Of a DNA stretch of 64,000 nucleotides, positions 20,054 to 29,782 are shown piece after piece. The number at the start of each line of letters is the position of its first letter. Positions within the stretch are counted from its first letter, which is position 1. The position numbers were made by a program, and so were the translations under genes. Source of the stretch: Rhodothermales bacterium (GTDB lineage Bacteria > Bacteroidota > Rhodothermia > Rhodothermales > Bin80). The stretch spans positions 7,125-71,124 of the forward strand of contig OZ244823.1 of NCBI GenBank assembly GCA_965220365.1, read 5' to 3'. The notes under the pieces were generated by a model. That model was not told the origin of the DNA. It saw only the letters and a program-made list of their open reading frames with translations, and searched no databases.

Positions 20054-20349
20054 ACCAGACGAGTCGCGCCAGCCGATAGAATTTGGGGTGTTCGGAAATA
20101 CGAACCGTAGGATCGGTACGTGAACTTCCAACGGATCAGAGGCGAAATTCACCCCATCGAGGCTTGCCTGGAAGCAAATCGCGCATAGATTTGAGGCAGA
20201 AACGAACCGATGTCCATCCTTCACGTAACTTCAGCAAATTGGATTGACTTATGCCTCAAAGTAGACGGGGAATCGGGGGCGAAAAAAGAGTTTTGCAAGA
20301 GGCTCCATATATAAACAATCCCTAACCTTCCTCCGCGCATGCCGACGGT

Positions 20350-21090
20350 TCAGAATCCAAGATGCGAGGCATGAAGGGGATCGGTTGAGACGATTTCGGA
20401 GGCAATTGCTGCGCTGTACTGCTGGGTACTCAAATCCTGAAGCTGCCAGTGGGTAGCTGGGTCGTCGGGGAATTGAAAGATTCCTCTTGAAGCCCCGTGG
20501 CGAATATCCCGGGGGATCTCAATCTTGGTGAGATCGGTGGATAATCCGGTCCCGAAGCCTTTGAGCAGTGCCTCTTTCAGCGTCCAGTATCTAAAAAATA
20601 GCCTCGCTTTTTTTGCGCCCCTAGCCGACAAGATCTCTGCCCGCTCATTCGGGCCAAAAACCATCTCAGAAATCCCATCAAAATCTCTCTTTCGTAAACC
20701 TGCTTCCACATCTACCCCCACACGCACTCCCTCCGTAATCGTAATCAGTCCATGAGGATCACTGTGACTCACATTGAATCTGATGGAGACTGGCTTCCCA
20801 TGCAATAAGGCATACGGTTTGCCATGATCCGCGGCAGCAATCGAAAGTTCGGAGTTGTTACATCCGAGTTGCTGGCAAAGCAGGTAACGCAGCGCCGACC
20901 GGCAGAATGCAAACTCCCTTCGTGCACGGTCAACTTGATACCGCTGCCAACGCTGCCGCTCCTGCTCATGAAGCCAACTGACTGCGTGTCGCTCATGAGC
21001 CTCGTCAAGAGCTAAATCAATGTGGACCACACTCACCTTACCGATTCGGCAAACAGGGCGAATCCATGATTGAATCATATCAGCCTGCAT
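20350..21090 (-). CDS. Sfp-type 4'-phosphopantetheinyl transferase
   Basis: Start taken at ATG 21090 (MQADMIQSW) so that it does not overlap pyrD. PPTase blocks FNVSHS, GVDVE and WTLKEALLKGFGTG. Confidence 0.8.
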   Translation of the reverse strand: MQADMIQSWIRPVCRIGKVSVVHIDLALDEAHERHAVSWLHEQERQRWQRYQVDRARREFAFCRSALRYLLCQQLGCNNSELSIAAADHGKPYALLHGKPVSIRFNVSHSDPHGLITITEGVRVGVDVEAGLRKRDFDGISEMVFGPNERAEILSARGAKKARLFFRYWTLKEALLKGFGTGLSTDLTKIEIPRDIRHGASRGIFQFPDDPATHWQLQDLSTQQYSAAIASEIVSTDPLHASHLGF

Positions 21091-21163
21091 GGTAAAAGGA
21101 CGTGGAATTAAAAACTCTTTGCTCAGGAATCCCCGAATTGAACAACGAACGCATCTGTATGCC

Positions 21164-22291
21164 TCAAACACCGGGACTAAATGGCAACTCGGTAACACTT
21201 GCAGATTCTCCAATGCCCGGTGCGGTACCTACAACGGACGCAATAGATGTGTATCCACTGGATTTCAGCCGCTGAGCCAACCCTCGCTTTATAGTCTGGA
21301 CAAGCTTCGGCCCCTCATAGACGAGTGCAGTATAGATTTGCAGGAGACTGGCACCCGCACGGATCATCTGATAGGCATTTTCCGCTGAGGAAATCCCCCC
21401 GACTCCAATAATCGGATAATCGGGGCCAACACAGGAGCGAACATACCTGACCATTTGAACTGCCCTTGGATAGATCGGCGGGCCACTGAGTCCCCCATCA
21501 CCGATGGCATGCAGGGATTCTTTATCGGTCATGAGCCCGAGACGGTCCTTGGCTGTATTCGTTACGACAAACCCATTGACTCCATGGCGGACTGCCGTCT
21601 CCAGGAGTGCCTCCGTCTGACTGTCATAGATCACCTTTGGGGTATCTGGAGGGGAGAGCTTCACCAAGACTGGAACACGGTTACCCACCTGATCCATCAG
21701 AGCATTCAATAGTGAATCTAGGTGCTCCGGTACTTCGAAGCTCTTCCCATCTATGGTGTTGGGACACGAGATGTTGATGGTCAGGTAATCGGCATACGGC
21801 AAAAGCCGCAAAGCACACTGGCAGTAATCCTCAATGGCCGATGAGCTTCCATCTACTCTGGCAATGCTCACACCAATCGGCATTTTAACCGCAGAGTAGC
21901 AGGACAAACGCTGGACAACCCGACGTGAACCCTTGCTGGGGAGTCCCAACCGGTTGATGATCGCACGATCTTCCGGGAGGCGAAACAGCCGCGGCCGCGA
22001 ATTCCCGGATGAACGGTTCACCGTAACTGAACCCACTTCTGCATGGCCGAACCCCAGCCTGTCCCAAAATGAGACCAATAAGGCATTCTTGTCACACCCT
22101 GCAGCCAAGCCAATCGGATTCGGAAAATTCAATCCCCAAATCTTTTGATGAAGGATCGGATCATCAAAGCCAAATGTCTTCTCTAAATGTGCCGGTGCAA
22201 TCCGATCTGCAATCCATGCGGCACTAAAACCTAACCGGTGAGCTAATTCAGGATCCAGCCCGAAGAGCCGGCGTAGCAGAACGGAATCCAT
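21164..22291 (-). CDS. pyrD: Dihydroorotate dehydrogenase (quinone), class 2
   Basis: 375 aa. GLAAGCDKN, GF..VEVGSVT, NRLGLPSKG, NISCPNT and LSGPP blocks typical of PyrD. Confidence 0.9.
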   Translation of the reverse strand: MDSVLLRRLFGLDPELAHRLGFSAAWIADRIAPAHLEKTFGFDDPILHQKIWGLNFPNPIGLAAGCDKNALLVSFWDRLGFGHAEVGSVTVNRSSGNSRPRLFRLPEDRAIINRLGLPSKGSRRVVQRLSCYSAVKMPIGVSIARVDGSSSAIEDYCQCALRLLPYADYLTINISCPNTIDGKSFEVPEHLDSLLNALMDQVGNRVPVLVKLSPPDTPKVIYDSQTEALLETAVRHGVNGFVVTNTAKDRLGLMTDKESLHAIGDGGLSGPPIYPRAVQMVRYVRSCVGPDYPIIGVGGISSAENAYQMIRAGASLLQIYTALVYEGPKLVQTIKRGLAQRLKSSGYTSIASVVGTAPGIGESASVTELPFSPGV

Positions 22292-22302
22292 TTCACACTA
22301 CG

Positions 22303-25300
22303 TTACCAGCCAGGTAGTAACTGGAATCCAAAATGTGCCCCCTTATCCGGCCGCTGGAATGGGTAGGCATAGTAGATCTCAAAGATGATATAGCCCAGCA
22401 GATTGAATCGAGCCGATGGGCCTGCACTGATCACCGGCACGCGCTCCACTGTATCCCGCTCGAACTTGAGCATTTTGAGCGGATCATCTCCTTGATTCCA
22501 AGCCATTCCTGCATCAACAAAGCCGACCAACTCCAATGGTAAATAGGGGAAGTTGAACAGTCCCAGCGCCTCCGTTCCAAATAATGGTAGGCGGATCTCA
22601 GCACTCGCCATCGCAGCACGCGTCCCATAGAGGCGCGTATATACCGAACATGCAATATCCTGACACTCCTCCGCAAAATCAAAGGAACCATAATTGTATC
22701 CGCGAACGAAACCCCGATAATATGGATAATAAAGGCTCTCCCGTGAAAAAATCTGACCCTGATCGCCCCCAAAATTTCCCGCAAACATGCCTCGAATCGC
22801 GAACGTAACCGGCTCATAGAAGAAATAGCGTCGATAATCGCCTAATACACTGACGAAGTTGTCCGTCCCAAAACGAGGAACAACTTCAAGCCGGTAGCGC
22901 CCCCCCTGAGAAGGTGACGTAAAGCCGAAATTGCTGAAGTCCCCAACATAAGCCAGACCCGCGTCGAAGTAATAGAATCCATCCGGCTCGCACGCCCACA
23001 CGGTTTGTCGCTCCTCGGCCGTCAGATTACTGCACTTATCTGCATTCCTGCGCTCTCTCTGAATCCCAAAAGCTGTATAAGTGTACGTATAGGCCTGAAT
23101 ATCAAACCCGTAGCGGGTGAATCCCCAAAAAACCTCCAGACGACGGGTCGTCGAAAAAGGATACGAGCCAATGCCACGAACCTGATCCAGATAAAGCCGC
23201 TGCCGCAGGTCCTGGATAACATACTGTCCATGCTGATTAATGCCCTGTCGCGGGTAGCCATACAGATAAGGAATATGGGCAACCAGACCGCCATAATTGA
23301 ATCGTCGACCACGATTCATGTACTGAGCCATCCCCCCTATATCCCGGAAAGTCCCGTTCGCCTGCGCCACAACTGCCAAATTCCGATTCCCCAACATATC
23401 GCTGAAATAAAATCCAACCCCCCCGGAAGCACCACCTCCATAATATCCGCCTACAGATACGCCGATGGAAGGAGGCGCAACATAGTCCAGACGAAGGCGC
23501 GAATCATAGATCTTTTCAACCGTGGTACGAGGCTCTGGCAACCCGGTCAAAGGGTCATCTAGGTAGTTTTCAACCAACCCCTCATTCGCCGCACTTTGAG
23601 GTGGTAGAATACTGGCTTGGGACAGTGCACTACTCTCGACGAGATCTCCCATTGCTTCATCCTGCTCAAGTCCAAAGACCGAATATCCGCCGTCATAAAA
23701 GACAGAGTAAACAACCCGTCCATTCTGAGAGGCCACACTCATTGTGGGCGAGAGCGCTGTAATCCCGCTGACTCCCGTTTTTAAATTCGTCACACGGTAC
23801 GAAGCCTCTTCACGCAAATCGTACCGATAAATATCAGAAAATCCATCCTGATCACTCACAAAATACAGACTCTGTCCGTTCGGAGAGAATTGCGGACTGA
23901 TGTGTTTTCCCTTCATAAAAGGACGTAGGGTTCTGTGCGTACCACTTTCAAGATCGATCAATGAGAAACGGGTATCGGCATACTCCAGGGTTTCAAAATT
24001 TGACCCCTCCGGCCCTCGGTCTGTGACTACTACAATCGTCCGGCCATCCGGAGACCACGCTGGCTGCAGGTCAGCAAACCGGTCACTGGTAATCTGTCGA
24101 GCCTGCTGATTCTCTATGTCATAAATGTACAGGTCGCTGATTCCGCCATCAATCCCCGAGAATGCAATGGATCGACCATCTGGAGACCATGCAGGATTGC
24201 TGAGCGCACTTACACCACCTACACTAATCCGTCGTTCAATTGCACCACTATCCAGATCCCATATCGAAATTTCATTGTCTCCCTGAACGAAGGTCACAAA
24301 TGCAAATTGTTTCCCGTCAGGAGACCAAGAGCCTGCGGAACTGATAAAGCGGATATTATCAAAATGGGGATTGGTGTTGGTTGACTGAAGTTTGCGGATG
24401 GTTTCTCCTGTTACTGCATCTGCAATGAACAGGTTGATATTGAAGATATCCCTCTCGCTCAAGTATGCAATGTACTGTCCATCCGGGCTCACAGCAGGGG
24501 ACAGGTTCAAGGCACCTCCACTGAGCTCTTCCGAAAGGATGGCAGTCCCCGCACTGTCTGGATGCGTGCGTGACTCCATCAGGGGCAGGTATGCCTCCTG
24601 GATTGCCTGTGCCCATTCCACCGAAAGCGAATCAGCCGTAATCCCAATCGTATATACAAACGCGGAATCAACCCCTACGCGCCCGCCTAACTTGAAAAGA
24701 TTGGTTACCGCCGCATCACCATATTTACCACCGATGTAGGCTAGGTAGGCCTGTCCATATCGGTATGGAAAGTACTTATTGCTCCGGGTCATATCTTCGA
24801 TGGTCGGCAAATCATCCCGCAATGCAGCGTCACGCATCCACATGGCCGTATGTGCATCATCACGGCCCACCGACAGATACTCTGCCATTCCCTCTACAAG
24901 CCAAAGCGGAAGGAGCTGAAGAGCAAAGCGGGAGCTATCTCCGCGCGACAGTCCAATATCGTATTGAAAGCTGTGCACCAACTCGTGACCCAGTACATGA
25001 TCCGTCTCCTTATAAATTCCTGTGAGTGGCATGACCACCCTCTCTTTTAGGCTTTCGGTCACCCCTCCAGTGCCCTGACCTAAAAATCCTCCGATCACAT
25101 TGGTCTGCTGAAAGTCAGCATCGTTGGCGTAAAAAATGATCGGTTTGCGCTCATGGAAATCGCGCAGAAAGGTTCGGGAATGCCGACGATACCACCGTTC
25201 ACCCATACGGGACGCATCCTCAACCGCATCCTTTGCTTCCGGGTAATAGTAGAATTCAAAGTGGGGAGTCTGAAAACTTCTGAACTCAAATCGATCGTAT

Positions 25301-25398
25301 TGGACTTTATTGCGCCCGAACTGCTGTGCCAGTACAGGGGAGATCCCCACGAGAACCTGTAGAACGATGACCGCTGTGATCTTCAAGATATTTCTCAT
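22303..25398 (-). CDS. Outer-membrane multidomain protein: MA-clan metallopeptidase-like domain + TolB-like beta-propeller(s) + Omp85-type C-terminal barrel
   Basis: Start at MRNILKITAVIVLQVLVGISPVLAQQ (signal peptide). HELVH (HExxH) at about residue 140 of the mature protein. At least 5 PD40-type repeats (SPDG...). C-terminal ~400 aa with alternating beta pattern, a VRGY motif (YRGFVRGYNYG), FVDAGMAWN, and the terminal ...FGFQLLPGW. Confidence 0.7.
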   Translation of the reverse strand: MRNILKITAVIVLQVLVGISPVLAQQFGRNKVQYDRFEFRSFQTPHFEFYYYPEAKDAVEDASRMGERWYRRHSRTFLRDFHERKPIIFYANDADFQQTNVIGGFLGQGTGGVTESLKERVVMPLTGIYKETDHVLGHELVHSFQYDIGLSRGDSSRFALQLLPLWLVEGMAEYLSVGRDDAHTAMWMRDAALRDDLPTIEDMTRSNKYFPYRYGQAYLAYIGGKYGDAAVTNLFKLGGRVGVDSAFVYTIGITADSLSVEWAQAIQEAYLPLMESRTHPDSAGTAILSEELSGGALNLSPAVSPDGQYIAYLSERDIFNINLFIADAVTGETIRKLQSTNTNPHFDNIRFISSAGSWSPDGKQFAFVTFVQGDNEISIWDLDSGAIERRISVGGVSALSNPAWSPDGRSIAFSGIDGGISDLYIYDIENQQARQITSDRFADLQPAWSPDGRTIVVVTDRGPEGSNFETLEYADTRFSLIDLESGTHRTLRPFMKGKHISPQFSPNGQSLYFVSDQDGFSDIYRYDLREEASYRVTNLKTGVSGITALSPTMSVASQNGRVVYSVFYDGGYSVFGLEQDEAMGDLVESSALSQASILPPQSAANEGLVENYLDDPLTGLPEPRTTVEKIYDSRLRLDYVAPPSIGVSVGGYYGGGASGGVGFYFSDMLGNRNLAVVAQANGTFRDIGGMAQYMNRGRRFNYGGLVAHIPYLYGYPRQGINQHGQYVIQDLRQRLYLDQVRGIGSYPFSTTRRLEVFWGFTRYGFDIQAYTYTYTAFGIQRERRNADKCSNLTAEERQTVWACEPDGFYYFDAGLAYVGDFSNFGFTSPSQGGRYRLEVVPRFGTDNFVSVLGDYRRYFFYEPVTFAIRGMFAGNFGGDQGQIFSRESLYYPYYRGFVRGYNYGSFDFAEECQDIACSVYTRLYGTRAAMASAEIRLPLFGTEALGLFNFPYLPLELVGFVDAGMAWNQGDDPLKMLKFERDTVERVPVISAGPSARFNLLGYIIFEIYYAYPFQRPDKGAHFGFQLLPGW

Positions 25399-25541
25399 AG
25401 AGTTATTCCGCTGATCATTAATTTTATGTATCCGGGAACTGTCTGGCACCCTCGCCGAGTAGTATAATAGGCTTAGATTGGCAGGCGGTTCCCCAAAAAC
25501 CCTCCCGTACCCAAAATACTGACAATAATCATACCAAGGCA

Positions 25542-27386
25542 TTGACAAAAAACCGATTCACCCTCTTTTGCTGTGCTGTTGTTTTCGTGCTGTCGGTCCT
25601 GAGCCTCCAACTTTTTCGGCTACAGGTAACCGAACGTCAGGACCTCTCAGAAATCGCACGTGGTAACGCACTGCGTGACATACGTGTACTTCCCGCTCGC
25701 GGACTGGTCTATGACCGTGAGGGTACCCTCATGGTCCATAATACGCCGACCTACACAATCTCTCTTGCACCGAGATATTTCGACCGAACCCGCATACCAC
25801 TACTGGCAAAACATCTGGATGTCCCCGACTCTGTTGTAACGCTGCGCCTGCAGGAAGCACAGGACTATAATCCTTATCGGCTGTACCCTTCCTTTTCGAA
25901 TGTTTCATTTGAGCAATACAGCCGCATCCTTGAAGATGCATACCTGCTGCCTGGTGTCGGTTGGGAAATCAAACAACAAAGACGTTATCCTACAAACGCC
26001 CAGGCTTCGCATGCTCTGGGATATATCGGAGAAGTCAACCGCGAAGAACTGAATTCCATCGACCATGAATCTGACTCTTCGCTCTACCGTCAGGGAGATT
26101 TTCTGGGGCGAACCGGTATTGAGCGGGGATATGAGCCTTGGCTGCGAGGAATCCCCGGTGTTGCTCGCCGCTGGGTAAATGTATATGGTCTGGAGATCAT
26201 GTCCTACGCGCAAGGCCAAGGAGATCAGCCACCACGAGGGAATTATGATCTTTACCTCACCCTAGATCATCGTGTTCAGGAATTTGCTGAGTCTCTGTTT
26301 GTCAACAAACGCGGAGCAGTGGTCGCCCTGGATCCCAATGATGGTGGCATTATCGCACTGGTCAGCAAGCCGGATTACTCGCTTGAATCGCTCAATCAAG
26401 GCATTCAAAGCGAGGCCTGGCAAGCTCTGGTCAGCCATAATGAACAGCCTCTTTATAATCGAGCTACGATGAATTTGATGCCTCCAGGATCAACCTGGAA
26501 GCCGTTCATGGCACTTTTGGGGTTGTCGGAAGGGCTCCTCGGAGACGAGGGAGCCGATGCAACGATTTACTGTAACGGGTATCACCCATTCGGTCAGGGT
26601 CGTTTTTTTCGGTGTCTGGACGCACATGGCCACCAAAACGTTGTAGAGGCCATACAGAATTCATGTAATACATTCTTTTTCGAATTAGCTCGGAGGATGG
26701 ATCTTGGCGTCTTCAAAAAGTATGCGAACCACTTTGGCTTCGGAGTAGAATCTCCCACGGACCTGCGAGAACAGACGACTGGCTTCATTCCCGATTCCGC
26801 CTACTTCGAGCGAACCGGGAGAGACTGGGGTATCGGAGCAATCATGAATCTCGGTGTCGGGCAGGGAGATATGGGAGTTACTCCATTTCAATTGGCCCGG
26901 TATGCCGCTGCGCTGGCCAACGGGGGCACGCTGTACGCACCCCGTATGGTTTCTCACCTGATTGAGCCCGAAACAAATGAACGAGTAGAACTGCCCGACA
27001 TATCTGATCCCATTTACCTGGACATTGACACGGCCTACGTAAACCTGGTCCGTGAAGGAATGCGCCTAGTCATGGAGGCGGGCACCGCACGCGCTTCACA
27101 AATTCCCGGGATTCCGAGTGCGGGAAAGACGGGGACGGCGCAGGCCCCCGGCAATTTTACTGATCATTCAGTCTTCATCATGTTCGCACCATTTGATAAT
27201 CCCCAGATTGCCTTGGCCGTCCAATGTGAAAACACAGGAAACGGAAGCCAGTGTGCGGCTCCGATTGCCAGCCTGCTTGCAGAGATGTATCTCAAGGGAG
27301 AGATCACTCCCTCCTGGCAAACGGATATCCGAATGCAGCGTGCCTTATCAGCAACCAGCCAGTCACTGACACAAGCAGTCCAATAA
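25542..27386 (+). CDS. mrdA: Penicillin-binding protein 2 (elongasome transpeptidase)
   Basis: 614 aa, TTG start. SxxK (STWKPF), SxN (NSCNTF) and KTG (AGKTGTA) motifs. Immediately followed by rodA. Confidence 0.9.
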   Translation: MTKNRFTLFCCAVVFVLSVLSLQLFRLQVTERQDLSEIARGNALRDIRVLPARGLVYDREGTLMVHNTPTYTISLAPRYFDRTRIPLLAKHLDVPDSVVTLRLQEAQDYNPYRLYPSFSNVSFEQYSRILEDAYLLPGVGWEIKQQRRYPTNAQASHALGYIGEVNREELNSIDHESDSSLYRQGDFLGRTGIERGYEPWLRGIPGVARRWVNVYGLEIMSYAQGQGDQPPRGNYDLYLTLDHRVQEFAESLFVNKRGAVVALDPNDGGIIALVSKPDYSLESLNQGIQSEAWQALVSHNEQPLYNRATMNLMPPGSTWKPFMALLGLSEGLLGDEGADATIYCNGYHPFGQGRFFRCLDAHGHQNVVEAIQNSCNTFFFELARRMDLGVFKKYANHFGFGVESPTDLREQTTGFIPDSAYFERTGRDWGIGAIMNLGVGQGDMGVTPFQLARYAAALANGGTLYAPRMVSHLIEPETNERVELPDISDPIYLDIDTAYVNLVREGMRLVMEAGTARASQIPGIPSAGKTGTAQAPGNFTDHSVFIMFAPFDNPQIALAVQCENTGNGSQCAAPIASLLAEMYLKGEITPSWQTDIRMQRALSATSQSLTQAVQ

Positions 27387-27389
27387 TTC

Positions 27390-28646
27390 ATGCGACGGTG
27401 GTATCGAAACCTTGACATCTCAACTCTTTTGATCTGGATTGCCCTGTGTGCCTGTGGGCTGGTTGCGATTTATAGCTCTACCCACGGGGAAGCGCAGGAA
27501 TTTTTGCTGAACACAGTCCAGAACAGTTTCCCACGACAGCGTCTCTGGCTTATGATCTCCACCGTTGCGCTCGTGACTATTCTATTGGTACCAATGCGTC
27601 TGTTGATTCGAATGGTCCCGTGGATTTATCTGGCAACTATCGGATTTTTGATCCTAGCTCTGGTGATTGGCCGCGAAGTGGGTGGAGCACGTTCATGGGT
27701 CTACTTTGGACCGATCGGCTTCCAGTCCTCCGAGTTGGCAAAAATTGGAGGACTGCTCATGGCTGCTTTTGTGTTGGCATCCCGCAGGAAGGAGAAATCA
27801 ATTCTGCCTACGGCGATGATCACTGCTGGAGCCCTTGGTCTGCCGGCCCTACTGATCATTCTCCAGAATGACCTCGGAACCGCACTTGTATTTGTGGGCC
27901 TTATGCCCATCCTTGCGCTCTGTGGCGGAGTGCCCCTCAGGATTGTCGGACTCTTGATCCTCTTTCCCGTTGCGGGGTATCTGACAATCCTCAGCTGGCC
28001 GGTTGCCTTGGGGTTTACGGCCCTGGTTGGGATTATAGCGTGGTATGGAACACGCAGCCGCATCTGGGTCGCCGCCGGGGTGATCGCCAGCGCAATGACC
28101 ATCAGCATCGCCAACTTTGCGCTGCAGTATGTGCTGCAACCGCATCAGGTTGCCCGTATTGTCTCTTTTTCCAATCCCGAAGCGGATGAATACCGGGCCA
28201 ATGTTGGTTTCCATCTCGTGCAATCGAAAGCAGCAATCGGGTCAGGTGGATGGTTTGGGCTAGGATTTCGTCAGGGCACCCAAACACAAGGCCGCTATAT
28301 TCCCGAGCAATCTACAGATTTTGTATTCTCCGTCATTGGCGAGGAATGGGGGTTTGTTGGCGGGATCCTGGTCTTATTACTCTTTGCTGCACTGATGCTT
28401 CGTTTACTCTGGCTGGCAAGAACCACTGACCACCCCTTCGGAAACCTTGTTGTTGCTGGGGTTGCAGGAATATTTTTGATTCATGTATGCGTGAATATTG
28501 GCATGGTGCTAGGTCTGCTGCCTGTGATCGGCATTCCGTTGCCTTTCCTATCCTATGGTGGCTCGGCCCTCCTCACCAATACCACCCTCTTGGGCCTCGC
28601 TTTGGCGTGTTATATGAGACGGGCTGAATTTTCACTCTACGCGTAG
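27390..28646 (+). CDS. rodA: Rod-shape-determining SEDS protein RodA
   Basis: 418 aa polytopic membrane protein of the FtsW/RodA/SpoVE family (QSSELAKI, DFVFSVIGEEWGF, PLPFLSYGGS). Confidence 0.9.
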   Translation: MRRWYRNLDISTLLIWIALCACGLVAIYSSTHGEAQEFLLNTVQNSFPRQRLWLMISTVALVTILLVPMRLLIRMVPWIYLATIGFLILALVIGREVGGARSWVYFGPIGFQSSELAKIGGLLMAAFVLASRRKEKSILPTAMITAGALGLPALLIILQNDLGTALVFVGLMPILALCGGVPLRIVGLLILFPVAGYLTILSWPVALGFTALVGIIAWYGTRSRIWVAAGVIASAMTISIANFALQYVLQPHQVARIVSFSNPEADEYRANVGFHLVQSKAAIGSGGWFGLGFRQGTQTQGRYIPEQSTDFVFSVIGEEWGFVGGILVLLLFAALMLRLLWLARTTDHPFGNLVVAGVAGIFLIHVCVNIGMVLGLLPVIGIPLPFLSYGGSALLTNTTLLGLALACYMRRAEFSLYA

Positions 28647-28650
28647 ACCA

Positions 28651-29781
28651 TTGAGTTCACCTCATTTTGACATCATCGTGATTGGATTGGGAGCAGCTGG
28701 CAGTGCCGCATTGTTTCATGTCGCTCGAATGGGAGCTACCGTACTGGGAATCGATCGATTTGTCTGTCCGCATACGCATGGTTCAACGCACAGCGAGAGC
28801 CGAATTATACGAAAAAGCTATTCCGAAGGGCCACAATATCTGCCACTGCTCAACCGAGCCTATACGTTGTGGGCTGAATTGGAAAACGCATCTGCAACAA
28901 AACTCATGTACCTAGGGGGGTGTCTCAATATTGGTCAACCCGACAGTGAAATGGTTCGTGCTGCACAAAAAACCGCCATCGCCGGTAATACCCGGCATCT
29001 GCTGTTATCCTCCAACGAAGTGAACCAACGCTATCCCGGATATCGTCTCCAATCAGATCAGGTTGCACTGGTTGATCTGGAAGCGGGCTACATCCAGCCT
29101 GAACTCTGTGTGCGCACCCATTTACGAAGAGCTGCAATGCACGGCGCCCAATGTCAGTTTGGGACACCCGTCCTGTCCTGGCGGGTCCAACAAGGTCGCG
29201 TTGTCGTGAAAACGGATCTGGATACCTTTGAAGCGCCACGGGTAATTCTGACGGCTGGAGCCTGGATGCGTGACTTCGCGCCTATTCCCCTGACGGTTGA
29301 GCGCGTCACGAATTCCTGGTTTACACCGACCGGCTCACACTTCACGCCTGCGCAATGTCCACCATTTATTCTGGAGGATGTGACTGGGTTGAAGAGCTAT
29401 GGATGTCCCGACTTGGGCAGCGGGATCAAGGTAGGTCTACATTACTTAGGCCAAGTTGTCACACACCCAAAAGAGATCAACCGAAAGGTCGGACTGGAAG
29501 ATGAGGCCCATGCACGCGGAGTCCTAGAGAGGATCATGCCGGAGGCCGCAGGGAGGTGCCGTAAAACGACCGTCTGCATCTACTCAAATACGCCGGATAA
29601 ACACTATCTCATAGACCGGATGTATGGGGATGACGAGCACGTTATCATAGGAAGTGCCTGTTCTGGCCATGGGTTCAAAGCCAGTTCTGCAGTTGGTGAA
29701 TCATTGGCAGCTCTGGCTCTGGATAAACCTCCTCCCGTAGATCTCTCACCATTCAAATGGAGGTGGCCAATAAAGTCGTAA
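28651..29781 (+). CDS. Monomeric sarcosine oxidase / N-methyl-L-tryptophan oxidase family flavoenzyme
   Basis: 376 aa. N-terminal FAD fold DIIVIGLGAAGSA, and a C-terminal GSACSGHGFK block containing the covalent-FAD Cys region seen in SolA/MSOX. Confidence 0.75.
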   Translation: MSSPHFDIIVIGLGAAGSAALFHVARMGATVLGIDRFVCPHTHGSTHSESRIIRKSYSEGPQYLPLLNRAYTLWAELENASATKLMYLGGCLNIGQPDSEMVRAAQKTAIAGNTRHLLLSSNEVNQRYPGYRLQSDQVALVDLEAGYIQPELCVRTHLRRAAMHGAQCQFGTPVLSWRVQQGRVVVKTDLDTFEAPRVILTAGAWMRDFAPIPLTVERVTNSWFTPTGSHFTPAQCPPFILEDVTGLKSYGCPDLGSGIKVGLHYLGQVVTHPKEINRKVGLEDEAHARGVLERIMPEAAGRCRKTTVCIYSNTPDKHYLIDRMYGDDEHVIIGSACSGHGFKASSAVGESLAALALDKPPPVDLSPFKWRWPIKS

Positions 29782-29782
29782 T

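Larger units (their letters stand above)
16554..20305 (+). mobile_element. IS4/IS5-superfamily insertion sequence, copy B (1589 bp of its own sequence), interrupted by a nested IS
   Basis: 18-bp perfect terminal inverted repeats at 16554-16571 and 20288-20305. 4-bp direct repeat CATA at 16550-16553 and 20306-20309. Subterminal direct repeats gaggatt(t/c)tggtt at 16591-16603 and 16608-16620. The right part is identical to copy A. Confidence 0.9.
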
